Counted from the first letter of the stretch, positions 52,121-59,674 are shown. The stretch: 60,723 nt of DNA from an uncultured virus (IMG/VR IMGVR_UViG_3300022602_000040) (IMGVR_UViG_3300022602_000040), one strand, 5' to 3'. Numbers and translations are program-made. The notes: generated from the letters alone by a model not told the origin.

Positions 52121-53053
52121 TTAGTCGTCGCTGAGCGAATTGAAGAACGCGAAGTCATCATCGTCATCGGACGCAGCAGGGGCACTACGAGCAGGTGCGC
52201 TCTTCTGTGCAGGAGCTGGTTCCCAAGGCAGATCTTCCGCTTCATCAACTGCGGCTGCCTTGCGAGCAGGTGTAGCCGTAGCGTTACCCATCACACGATC
52301 AAGCTGCTTCTTCAGTTCGTCATACGACTTGAAGTGCTTAGGATCGATGATTTCCTGGAGCGAGTATTCACTCTTCCAGATCTTTTCAAGAGCATCATCG
52401 TCGTTGAGCAGCGGACCAGCTTCTTCGAACTCGGACTTGTCGTAGTTGGTATAACCATCTACCTTACGAATCTTGAGCTTGAAGTTTGCACCAGTCCACA
52501 GGTTGAACGGATCGATAGGCTGTTCGTCTTCGAACTGAGGAGTCATCAGATCCTTCAGATGATCAAAGATCTTCGAACCGTAACGGAACAAGAATACCTT
52601 GCCCTCGTTTTCAGGGTTAGCAGGATCCTTAACGACATAGATGTTCGAGTAGTAGTTCAGCTGGCGCTTTGTACCAGGTTGTTCCTTGCCACGACCCTGA
52701 ACGATCTTCTTGTTAGCTTCGATACCAGAATTCCACAGTTGCGAATTCATCTGGTTGACAGGGTCGCTGTCATAGCTACCAATTGTCGAAAGACAGTTGT
52801 TGATGTACCACTGACCACCTGGACCCTTGAAGCCGTGGGTCCACATACGAACGAACGGAACATCCTCGCCGCTAGGAGCAGGAAGGAAGCGAATGATAGC
52901 ATAGCCGTTACCAGCCTTGTCGGTCTTGCAAGACCACAGGCGATCATCAGATGTGCGTTCGTTGGATGGGGTGTTGAGCTTCGTGAGCTCCTTGTTCAAC
53001 TTGTCAAAAGAGGTCGACGAGTTGCGCTTCATTTCAGAGAATGATAGAGACAT
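52121..53053 (-). CDS. gp32: Single-stranded DNA-binding protein gp32
   Basis: DDRLW...DKAGNGYAIIRFLP, YYSNIYVVKDPANPENEGKVFL, NYDKSEF, acidic tail. Confidence 0.97.
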   Translation of the reverse strand: MSLSFSEMKRNSSTSFDKLNKELTKLNTPSNERTSDDRLWSCKTDKAGNGYAIIRFLPAPSGEDVPFVRMWTHGFKGPGGQWYINNCLSTIGSYDSDPVNQMNSQLWNSGIEANKKIVQGRGKEQPGTKRQLNYYSNIYVVKDPANPENEGKVFLFRYGSKIFDHLKDLMTPQFEDEQPIDPFNLWTGANFKLKIRKVDGYTNYDKSEFEEAGPLLNDDDALEKIWKSEYSLQEIIDPKHFKSYDELKKQLDRVMGNATATPARKAAAVDEAEDLPWEPAPAQKSAPARSAPAASDDDDDFAFFNSLSDD

Positions 53054-53117
53054 GTATGTATTCCTTATGTTTGCGTATGGTTTCGTATATTATCGTATGT
53101 GTGGTTGCCCACAATAC

Positions 53118-53125
53118 TATTTATA
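53118..53125 (-). promoter_or_regulatory. Late promoter TATAAATA upstream of gp32
   Basis: Exact consensus overlapping the gp59 stop codon. Confidence 0.7.
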
Positions 53126-53696
53126 ACAGATCTTTCACGATCTGTTTGGCTTTTTGTTTATCGTACTTGATAAACGGTGCATACTTGACACACCTATCTC
53201 TGATTACTGGCCAGAGAACTGTATCACTTATCTTCTTATCCCATGTCGGGAAAAAAGTCAACAAATTGTTGAGGATAGAAAGGGTTTCGATGCTGATATC
53301 ACCACGCTTGAAGGCAACCAGTAGCGGGGGGTGTTGTCCATCTTGGGGCTTGAAGGCTTCTCTAAAATCTTCTCCAACATTTCCAAGGTCAGACTTGAAT
53401 CGGTATGTGATGGACTGTTGGCGAGCAAGCCATTCATTATAGATTCGTTCACTCTCTTCTGTAAAGAGGTCACCAATCCATCTAACACCTCCGGTGGCAG
53501 CGAAGTTGGCGACGAGAAATCCAAGTGGGTCAGAGTGTTTCGATAGCTTATAGAACTGATACTTGTCTTTTCGCTTTTCGAATGATCTGTGGTCGGTCCG
53601 AATCTTACCGTTGTATTTAAAGAAGTCGTAGGAAGGCTGGGTGAAGTGCATTTTGATTGCAAGGAATAGCTGATATGCTTCATATGGCGTCATCAT
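53121..53696 (-). CDS. gp59: Helicase loader gp59
   Basis: EAYQLFLAIKMHFT..SYDFFKYNGK, R.DKY.F.KL, HPPLL, ISIETL; start at 53696 or 53693. Confidence 0.92.
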   Translation of the reverse strand: MMTPYEAYQLFLAIKMHFTQPSYDFFKYNGKIRTDHRSFEKRKDKYQFYKLSKHSDPLGFLVANFAATGGVRWIGDLFTEESERIYNEWLARQQSITYRFKSDLGNVGEDFREAFKPQDGQHPPLLVAFKRGDISIETLSILNNLLTFFPTWDKKISDTVLWPVIRDRCVKYAPFIKYDKQKAKQIVKDLL

Positions 53697-53753
53697 ACAG
53701 TTCTTTAATGGCTTCAATTAATACACCAAAAGAGTTAGACTCTTTACCCAACA

Positions 53754-53999
53754 TTAGATCGGCAACTTTGCAGTACGGGGGAGGACTCGAAGCTCCTCCC
53801 CCTCATTCTGAATTATGGACTTGATCCGATGGTTTGACTTGATCATCGAAGCGGCTGTTTCGATCTCTACATCGTGCTTCTCGCAGTAGTATACAACGGC
53901 ATCCATGTATGGGATCTTAAAGGTTTTAGCCAATGTTTCCACTTCTTTATAAAATTTGTCTGACGACATCGCCTTCGCAAACTTCAAATCACTGTCCAT
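53754..53999 (-). CDS. gp33: Late transcription coactivator gp33
   Basis: YMDAVVYYCE..DVEIET...K..I..E...L..LP...KLPI; gp33-gp59-gp32 synteny. Confidence 0.9.
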   Translation of the reverse strand: MDSDLKFAKAMSSDKFYKEVETLAKTFKIPYMDAVVYYCEKHDVEIETAASMIKSNHRIKSIIQNEGEELRVLPRTAKLPI

Positions 54000-54002
54000 G
54001 TA

Positions 54003-54638
54003 TTATCCTCTATAGAAAATGTGAGCTCCTATCATTGCAACTTTTGTGTAATGATGAGACCACGCAGGCCTTACATAGTTTGCATGATAGAAAGTTGCTC
54101 CACGTGTCACATCTCCGTAATTGTGGAGATAGACGTTTGCTGCAATCTGTTTGCTATGGTCATAAAGAGCCCAGTCATGAATCTTCTTATGTCCACCACA
54201 AACCCAAGAGAACTGACATACACCGTGATGCTTTTCCTTGACAACACCACACGGTGTGCCTGCAAAACGGTCGTCACGAGTTCTGTTCATAACTACGTTT
54301 GATACAGCAACCTTACCCTTGTCGGGTTGGTTGCCAGCTTCAAAATAAATGTTCTCTGCTAGGCATTGAACTTGCTGTTGGTCATTTGCCGACAGCTTTA
54401 CTGGTACTTTAACGATGACTGGCTTTTCGATCACCTTGACTACCGGAACTTGTATTACCTGAGCCTTTGGTGAAGGACTTGTAGTGGCAATGACTATAGA
54501 AGCCATAAGACCAATACAGATACCTTCGACTACACGTATTACTGTAAATCCATACTTAGCATCAAAGATGTAGTCCGTAATGCTAAAGTCTTTTACTTTG
54601 TTCCTTATCGTTTCGAGTTTTTCGATTAGTTTTGTCAT
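54003..54638 (-). CDS. SleB-like cell wall hydrolase (Hydrolase_2) with N-terminal membrane anchor
   Basis: CLAENIYFEA..Q...GKVAV..VVMNR, CQFSWVC, GATFYHANYVRP.W, IGAHIFY; start at ATG 54638 from the GAGG SD. Confidence 0.9.
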   Translation of the reverse strand: MTKLIEKLETIRNKVKDFSITDYIFDAKYGFTVIRVVEGICIGLMASIVIATTSPSPKAQVIQVPVVKVIEKPVIVKVPVKLSANDQQQVQCLAENIYFEAGNQPDKGKVAVSNVVMNRTRDDRFAGTPCGVVKEKHHGVCQFSWVCGGHKKIHDWALYDHSKQIAANVYLHNYGDVTRGATFYHANYVRPAWSHHYTKVAMIGAHIFYRG

Positions 54639-54644
54639 ATTTTC

Positions 54645-54950
54645 CTCTTTTATTATAACAACTCTGGTAGAGGAAGACAACTATAACTATCACAAGTTAA
54701 AGTTCAATCTATGTCACGTCTTCCTGTACTGAGAAAAAGAAGAATAATGTATCATTACTCCAAATAGTTCTTTTCTCTCATTCCTCCCTTACTTTAGGAA
54801 TGCAAAGTCATTAGGTTATAGATCGTGGCATCCGAATGATGCCGCTATCTCATCCCTAGGGACACTGTAGCTTATGTAAGGTCAATGGAGAAGTTCTCCA
54901 TGTGGCGGAAAAGAGGTCCGCCGTATACGCCGCTATACATCTGCGGCGAA
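54645..54950 (-). ncRNA. Candidate structured RNA or long 5' leader of about 300 nt
   Basis: Series of stems: CGCCGC/GCGGCG, GGCGGA/TCCGCC, ATGGAGA/TCTCCAT, GGCATC/GATGCC, ACTTT/AAAGT, GAGAAAAGAA/TTCTTTTTCTC, GGAAGAC/GTCTTCC; no credible ORF. Confidence 0.55.
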
Positions 54951-54953
54951 TTC

Positions 54954-54984
54954 TATTTATACCATAGGTATTTTGTAATGTCAA
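54954..54984 (-). promoter_or_regulatory. Composite sigma70-like (TTGACA-17 nt-TATAAA) and late (TATAAATA) promoter
   Basis: Minus strand TTGACA ttacaaaatacctatgg TATAAATA. Confidence 0.75.
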
Positions 54985-54988
54985 CAGG

Positions 54989-55162
54989 TTAAAGGCGCGA
55001 CTGGATATCGTCCACGCGCCCTTGAAGGTAGTCCTTGACATTTTCATAAAACTGGCAATCACTATACCTTGCCCTGGCAAGGCGCGATTCTACCGATTGT
55101 AGCTCTTGTCGTAGTGTGGAGAGGATCTTCAGGTCAACGGAACTTGGTTTGTCGGGTTGCAT
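54989..55162 (-). CDS. Small hypothetical protein (57 aa)
   Basis: Below the track cutoff: MQPDKPSSVDLKILSTLRQELQSVESRLARARYSDCQFYENVKDYLQGRVDDIQSRL; GGAGAGG SD. Confidence 0.65.
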   Translation of the reverse strand: MQPDKPSSVDLKILSTLRQELQSVESRLARARYSDCQFYENVKDYLQGRVDDIQSRL

Positions 55163-55196
55163 AAGAGATCCTCTCCAGATTGTAGGCGTTTATTTA

Positions 55197-55910
55197 TTAC
55201 TTGTCAAAGGACGCCTTTACTGAACTGGTATTGATAGCAGCACCAGTTGCTGCGTAGTTCATCGAGCTAGTTGCATACCAATCCATAGTCGAGTTAAGCG
55301 TCTGAGCACTACGGGTATTGAGAACCTTCGACGAATCAAGACCGTAGCTGGTTGCGACGTTGTCAGCATTGAATTCAGCTCCGAGGAACACAACTTCCCA
55401 ACCACGCTTCTGGCACGTAGCAATACGGTCACGAATAGCAGCAAGAGTGTAGGCCTTGGACGTGTTCTCTTCACCATCGGTCATGATCAGAATAACAGTC
55501 TTCTTGTTGTTTTCTGCATCAGCCAGATTGATAAGGCGAGCGGTAGCGTCGTACAGCGGCGTACCACCACGAGGGGAGTATTCGTTGATATCGATATCCC
55601 TGAACTCGTTGATGTCGACCTTGTTGCGTACGATGTCGAACGAAATTGGATCAGGATACTCGATTGCCCGAGCGCCGAGAGCACCGTTTGGATTCATCTG
55701 AATACCGCCAACGTTGTTGTTCCATACGGCTGGACGGAATCCGTTATTTGAGTCGAAAGCAGCTACAGTAATCTCCGCAGCAGCGTTTTGCTTGCGGAGC
55801 GATTGAACGTACGTATTGATTGAGCCGATAGCATTTTCCCAACGCGATCCAGACATCGAGCCTGAGCGGTCGAGAAGAATGTAAGCGGAAAGTTTAGTAG
55901 ACTTTGCCAT
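55197..55910 (-). CDS. vWA-domain protein
   Basis: MIDAS motif LLDRSGSM, PRGGTPLYDA, IMTDGEENTS, WEVVFLGA; start at ATG 55910 from the GGAG SD. Confidence 0.88.
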   Translation of the reverse strand: MAKSTKLSAYILLDRSGSMSGSRWENAIGSINTYVQSLRKQNAAAEITVAAFDSNNGFRPAVWNNNVGGIQMNPNGALGARAIEYPDPISFDIVRNKVDINEFRDIDINEYSPRGGTPLYDATARLINLADAENNKKTVILIMTDGEENTSKAYTLAAIRDRIATCQKRGWEVVFLGAEFNADNVATSYGLDSSKVLNTRSAQTLNSTMDWYATSSMNYAATGAAINTSSVKASFDK

Positions 55911-56017
55911 GTGTATTCTCCAGTGTGTAAAGACGGTTACAGGGTCCGTCAACAGCTTTTCGTACTGTCTGCTCTATTTTCACGCCAACACTATCGCAGT
56001 TGGCTGCGGCAGCATCA

Positions 56018-57430
56018 TTAGAGGGCGTATCGCTCGGACGATACAGCCTTCTTCATGATAGCTTCTGGAGTGAATCCATCCATGTCAGCGGCGAGAACCG
56101 ACTTCATGATTGATGGAGAGAAACCAGAGACCAGAGCAGTGCCCTTTTCGTCGAACTTGACTGGGACATTGTCTGCTGTGTTGAGGTTCCAGAATACGAC
56201 GGATGGTGCCTCGTATCCTGCCTGTTCGTACTTACGGCGGATCATTTCGATCGCCGAGTCATCGTAACCACGGCAGCAGTTGAACTGCATGTCCGACAGG
56301 ATAAGGAGAACCTTAGGCATGTCGGTTGCAGCAACCTTGTTGGAAACAGCAACCTTTAGGATCTCATCGAACGCCTTGTGCAGGTCGGTCGACATTTCCC
56401 AGTTTGCAGTTTCCATCTGACGGATCTTCTGCGAGAGAGTACCCTTCATATGCTGGAACTGTGGACGGCTGGAGAAGGTCAGGAACAGGTCCTTGAACGC
56501 TCCAGTGTTCTTGTCTGCAAGGTAAAGACCAAGCGAGACAGCGACGTCGAGACAAGTAGTTGCGTTAGCTTCATACTTACCACCGACAGGTGAAGTCATC
56601 GACCCCGAGACGTCGACCAATGGCAGAACCATTGCATCACCAACAAAGTTAGGCAGAGCCTTCCACTGTTCGTCGGCAAGAGCCGAGTCACCACGACGGA
56701 CGTTCTTGACGATGTCGTATGGATAGACTGCACCAGCGTTGACCTTCGCAATCTTAGGATCGCCCTTCTTCAGAGCTTCCTTGTAGGCGGTGAATGCCTC
56801 AGGAGCATTCTTACCAAACGCCTTCGAGTAACGGCTCATAGCCAGCGAAGGAACGTGTGAGAAGTTGATCGAGTCGAACTCCTTAGCGCACATCTTTTGC
56901 TCGACGACCTTGGTCAGTTCGACCAGACGCTTACGGTAGTACTTAGGACTCCAACCAAAATAGTTACGAAGCTCAAGAGCGAGAGGACCCTTACGTGGCA
57001 TCCACTTTGCGCATAGACCATTACCATCTTCAAGCGCCTTACGGATCAGGCCAAACGCCTTCTCCTTGACAAAAGCATTCTCGAAAATTAGAAGGTCATC
57101 CCAACGTCCGATCTCAGCGGTATTCTCGAGAATACGAGTGTTGAGCAGCTCGTCCTTGTAGTTCTTCTCGAGGAACTTGAGGGTCTGACGGAAAAGCTCG
57201 CGCTCACCGGCACCACCACGGACGTCACGAGCCCACTGAGCGACACGAAGTGCCATCTCACGATCTTCGTGATACGCCTTCTCGAACTGCTTGGTAATAT
57301 CCTTACCACGCGATGCACCGATCTTGAAGAACAGGTCGGTAGTGTTGGAAAGAGACGACTTGAGAGCCTTCATACCGTTCCAGGTACGAGCTTCGGTTGG
57401 GGTTGCAAGAACTGCGGACTTAAAAGACAT
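56018..57430 (-). CDS. DUF2828-family protein (helical domain plus C-terminal vWA; probably TROVE/Ro60-like)
   Basis: DLFF, RDVRGGAGER, GRWDDL, AKWMPR, VPSLAM, LVDVSGSM, ILSDMQF, VFWNL, LVSGFSP motifs; start at ATG 57430. Confidence 0.82.
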   Translation of the reverse strand: MSFKSAVLATPTEARTWNGMKALKSSLSNTTDLFFKIGASRGKDITKQFEKAYHEDREMALRVAQWARDVRGGAGERELFRQTLKFLEKNYKDELLNTRILENTAEIGRWDDLLIFENAFVKEKAFGLIRKALEDGNGLCAKWMPRKGPLALELRNYFGWSPKYYRKRLVELTKVVEQKMCAKEFDSINFSHVPSLAMSRYSKAFGKNAPEAFTAYKEALKKGDPKIAKVNAGAVYPYDIVKNVRRGDSALADEQWKALPNFVGDAMVLPLVDVSGSMTSPVGGKYEANATTCLDVAVSLGLYLADKNTGAFKDLFLTFSSRPQFQHMKGTLSQKIRQMETANWEMSTDLHKAFDEILKVAVSNKVAATDMPKVLLILSDMQFNCCRGYDDSAIEMIRRKYEQAGYEAPSVVFWNLNTADNVPVKFDEKGTALVSGFSPSIMKSVLAADMDGFTPEAIMKKAVSSERYAL

Positions 57431-57450
57431 ATTCATTCTCCATATTATAC

Positions 57451-57547
57451 AGGTTAAGTGTGGACTGTTCAAGTTCCACGAGTTTTGCTACGTATGAGAA
57501 CATAGTAGCATCGGTTCGGTAAACTGATTAAATGCTGTAGTTAACCT
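57451..57547 (-). ncRNA. CAGCA-stem element E1
   Basis: AGGTTAA-C-TACAGCA...TTAACCT-G; internal hairpins TGCTAC/GTAGCA and GTGGA/TCCAC. Confidence 0.7.
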
Positions 57548-57556
57548 TTAATCAAC

Positions 57557-57618
57557 GGGATCAACTTTTGCGTTTTTGATTAGAAGTCAAATGCATAGTT
57601 GTTTGCTGAACTGATCCC
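57557..57618 (-). ncRNA. CAGCA-stem element E2 carrying an Arg(UCU) anticodon-arm mimic
   Basis: GGGATCA-G-TTCAGCAAAC...TTTGA-CTTCTAA-TCAAA...TGATCCC-G. Confidence 0.72.
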
Positions 57619-57634
57619 AAATTCAATTTTCAAC

Positions 57635-57892
57635 GGGTTGTGCCAGTCTTTACGTGCTCTACCAACTGAGCTACACCCCCATCAACATCCATTACGTCAG
57701 GTATTTCAGCCGCTAAACCGAAACCTTGTCGCTACCCAATATGTACCGCTATGATCACTTGCGAGTAGATCAGAAAGCCACTGCCGCTGAACTTATCAGG
57801 GAAAGAGGTAATGAATGATGGTGGGGGTGGCGGGATTCGAACACCGCGACACCGTCCTTTCACAGATTGACTTTGTTTGCTGAAGACAACCC
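57635..57892 (-). ncRNA. CAGCA-stem element E3: circularly permuted tRNA mimic (YrlA-like architecture)
   Basis: GGGTTGT-C-TTCAGCAAAC, then T arm plus CACCCCC-A-CCA (57857-57819), a 138-nt insert, then GGGGGTG-TA-GCTC-AGTTGGTA-GAGC (57680-57652), closing with ACAACCC-G. Confidence 0.82.
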
Positions 57893-57902
57893 TAAACTTT
57901 AG

Positions 57903-58274
57903 TTATACAGCGAGCTTGTAGACTCGGTTGTATTGAAGAGTGGTGATACGAGTACCATTCGTTTGACGATATTCGTACGGACCGTACACCTTCTCACGAA
58001 GCTCATTATATTCCGGTGTACCGTACTTAAAGTTATGGCCTTGCATGCCCTTCCAAAAGTCACGAGGAGCAAGCTCATCGGTACCCTTCACGAAGTAAGC
58101 CCAAGCGCCAGAAGGAACCTCAGCCTGAGCAGACTTGCCACACATGCCGACATACCTACCCTTCCGCGTGGATGTGTTGCCAGTGCAGGTGGTTACAACC
58201 ACAACTTCGTCACCAGGATTGATCACCTGACCGAAGTCGTTAGTAAACGGAACAGCTTCACGTACATTTGCCAT
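57903..58274 (-). CDS. Hypothetical protein
   Basis: 123 aa, GGAG SD, NDFGQVINPGDEVV (SH3/KOW-like start). Confidence 0.75.
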   Translation of the reverse strand: MANVREAVPFTNDFGQVINPGDEVVVVTTCTGNTSTRKGRYVGMCGKSAQAEVPSGAWAYFVKGTDELAPRDFWKGMQGHNFKYGTPEYNELREKVYGPYEYRQTNGTRITTLQYNRVYKLAV

Positions 58275-58291
58275 AATAAATCTCCGTTAGA

Positions 58292-58316
58292 TGGGGCGGG
58301 TGTGTTTCCCGCCCCA
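58292..58316. other. GC-rich intergenic hairpin
   Basis: TGGGGCGGG-7 nt-CCCGCCCCA; no U-tract on either strand, so it may be a processing or stabilising stem. Confidence 0.6.
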
Positions 58317-58332
58317 GTAGACTCTTTATACC

Positions 58333-58713
58333 TTACTTCCGATTTACAGACAACAGGTTAAATGCCATAAGCACGTCTCTGTGGTCTGCAGAGATGGGAT
58401 AAACGCTAATTGACGTGAACTCCCCCTCCTTGAGGTCTGGCTCGAAAAACTTCTCGTATCGATAACCAAACTTTTTAAGGATCCTTTCCACTGCGTACAG
58501 AGCACCGAGATCACGAATGCCGATAACGGTAAAGTAGGTCTCGGATGGATCGATTTCCTCGTTAATCTGGCATGGCACCAGAGATTTCAAGTTATCGACA
58601 TCCACGACTCGTTGAGATCGCACACCAAGCAGAAACGCTGCGTGAGCAGTCTGAACAATCTGTTGCTCAGGACTGATGTCCTGACGAGTGAAAAAGTATG
58701 CGTAATGTTTCAT
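58333..58713 (-). CDS. PTH2-like peptidyl-tRNA hydrolase
   Basis: Y.FTRQDI...Q..VQTAHAA and F.EPD...FTSI...P match the PTH2-fold pattern seen in large phages. Confidence 0.7.
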   Translation of the reverse strand: MKHYAYFFTRQDISPEQQIVQTAHAAFLLGVRSQRVVDVDNLKSLVPCQINEEIDPSETYFTVIGIRDLGALYAVERILKKFGYRYEKFFEPDLKEGEFTSISVYPISADHRDVLMAFNLLSVNRK

Positions 58714-58714
58714 A

Positions 58715-59092
58715 TCAAAGATTCCTCACGAAGGCAGGATCGATCATCTTGCGGATTTCACGAAGCTGCTCAATTTCATTCTCATCAAACATCTCATCCA
58801 ACGAGACACCAAACACGGTGCCGGATGTAACAACAAACTTTGTACCATCCCATTTACGAGAAGGACCAAGGCTCCCATACCAGATATTGTTGATAATGCT
58901 CTGATATGGATACTGTCGGTGGGCGCAAACCCTACCTGGAGTAAATGCTTTTGTGAGAAAATGTTTGAGGATTGTAGCCTTGTCTTCTGACTTAGCTCTC
59001 ATGGTTTTGTAGATACACAGCATGATCATATCATTAGCTGTGAGAGATTTAGAGTGGGCCTTAGCCTTGAATGCAGTAATAAAATCAGTCAT
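58715..59092 (-). CDS. Hypothetical protein
   Basis: 125 aa, AAGGA SD, abuts the PTH2-like gene. Confidence 0.75.
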   Translation of the reverse strand: MTDFITAFKAKAHSKSLTANDMIMLCIYKTMRAKSEDKATILKHFLTKAFTPGRVCAHRQYPYQSIINNIWYGSLGPSRKWDGTKFVVTSGTVFGVSLDEMFDENEIEQLREIRKMIDPAFVRNL

Positions 59093-59201
59093 AGTAGTAT
59101 TCCTTTGGTTTAATAAGATTGTTGTTTGGTCTTATTAAGCCTGTAGGAGGTCCTACTGCATCATACGGCTAGAAGTGTGGAAATGCTCTAATTCTTGTCA
59201 T
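59085..59201 (-). CDS. Putative leader peptide with in-frame amber codon (10 aa; 38 aa on readthrough)
   Basis: GGAG-8 nt-ATG; MTRIRAFPHF-TAG(59171-59169)-PYDAVGPPTGLIRPNNNLIKPKEYYYD-TGA, overlapping the next ATG. Confidence 0.5.
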
Positions 59202-59202
59202 A

Positions 59203-59571
59203 TCAATTGCTCCATGTAATCACCGCCACGATGGCAATGTAAGTTAGCTGGTGTACCAACTGATCGAGACCAGTCAATTGCCAGAATTCATTGTGAGTGG
59301 TTGCTCCCCAACCCTTGACCCTATTTATATTCATTTTTGCGTAGTCTGTCAGATAATGTACGACAAACTCGAAGGATGCGAGAACGATTGCTCCTAGAGG
59401 ATGATCGAGCCAGAACACGAGAATGACAAAAGTAGCCATTGCGTGTAGACCGGAATGTAACACCCCTCCTGGATGCATCCATGTACCTTTGTTCTGCCAC
59501 ATATACGGTGGCTGGTAATAAAAGTCAAGGACAAAATGCTTGATCAACAGGAGTGTCAATAGAAGAATCAT
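59203..59571 (-). CDS. DUF3307-like membrane protein
   Basis: KHFVLDFYYQ...M...K, HSGLH, HYLTD..K, LDQLVH His/Asp motifs in hydrophobic helices. Confidence 0.8.
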   Translation of the reverse strand: MILLLTLLLIKHFVLDFYYQPPYMWQNKGTWMHPGGVLHSGLHAMATFVILVFWLDHPLGAIVLASFEFVVHYLTDYAKMNINRVKGWGATTHNEFWQLTGLDQLVHQLTYIAIVAVITWSN

Positions 59572-59587
59572 AATACAACCTCATAAT

Positions 59588-59664
59588 TGGCGCGCATGGC
59601 GGGACTCGAACCCGCATCGTACAGTTTTAGAGACCGACATGATAACCAATTTCACTACACGCGC
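59588..59664 (-). tRNA. Amber suppressor tRNA, anticodon CUA (Trp-like anticodon arm)
   Basis: 77-nt cloverleaf GCGCGTG-TA-GTGA AATTGGTTA TCAT-G-TCGGT CTCTAAA ACTGT-ACGAT-GCGGG TTCGAGT CCCGC-CATGCGC-G-CCA; anticodon at 59630-59628. Confidence 0.9.
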
Positions 59665-59674
59665 AATATACTAC

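Noticed and set aside
52334..53044. 236-aa plus-strand ORF
   Set aside because: It lies entirely antisense to the unambiguous gp32 gene.
57700..57802. Hammerhead-like CUGAUAAG...GAAA in the E3 insert
   Set aside because: The core reads CUGAUAA rather than CUGANGA, and stems II and III do not fit the required register.
57635..57892. Two-piece (permuted) tmRNA or intron-containing tRNA
   Set aside because: It has G3-C70 rather than G3-U70, a full D stem and no tag ORF. The halves are permuted, so it is not an anticodon-loop intron.
57451..57892. CRISPR-like array
   Set aside because: The units are inverted-repeat-bounded with very unequal inserts, not direct repeats with uniform spacers; no cas genes are present.
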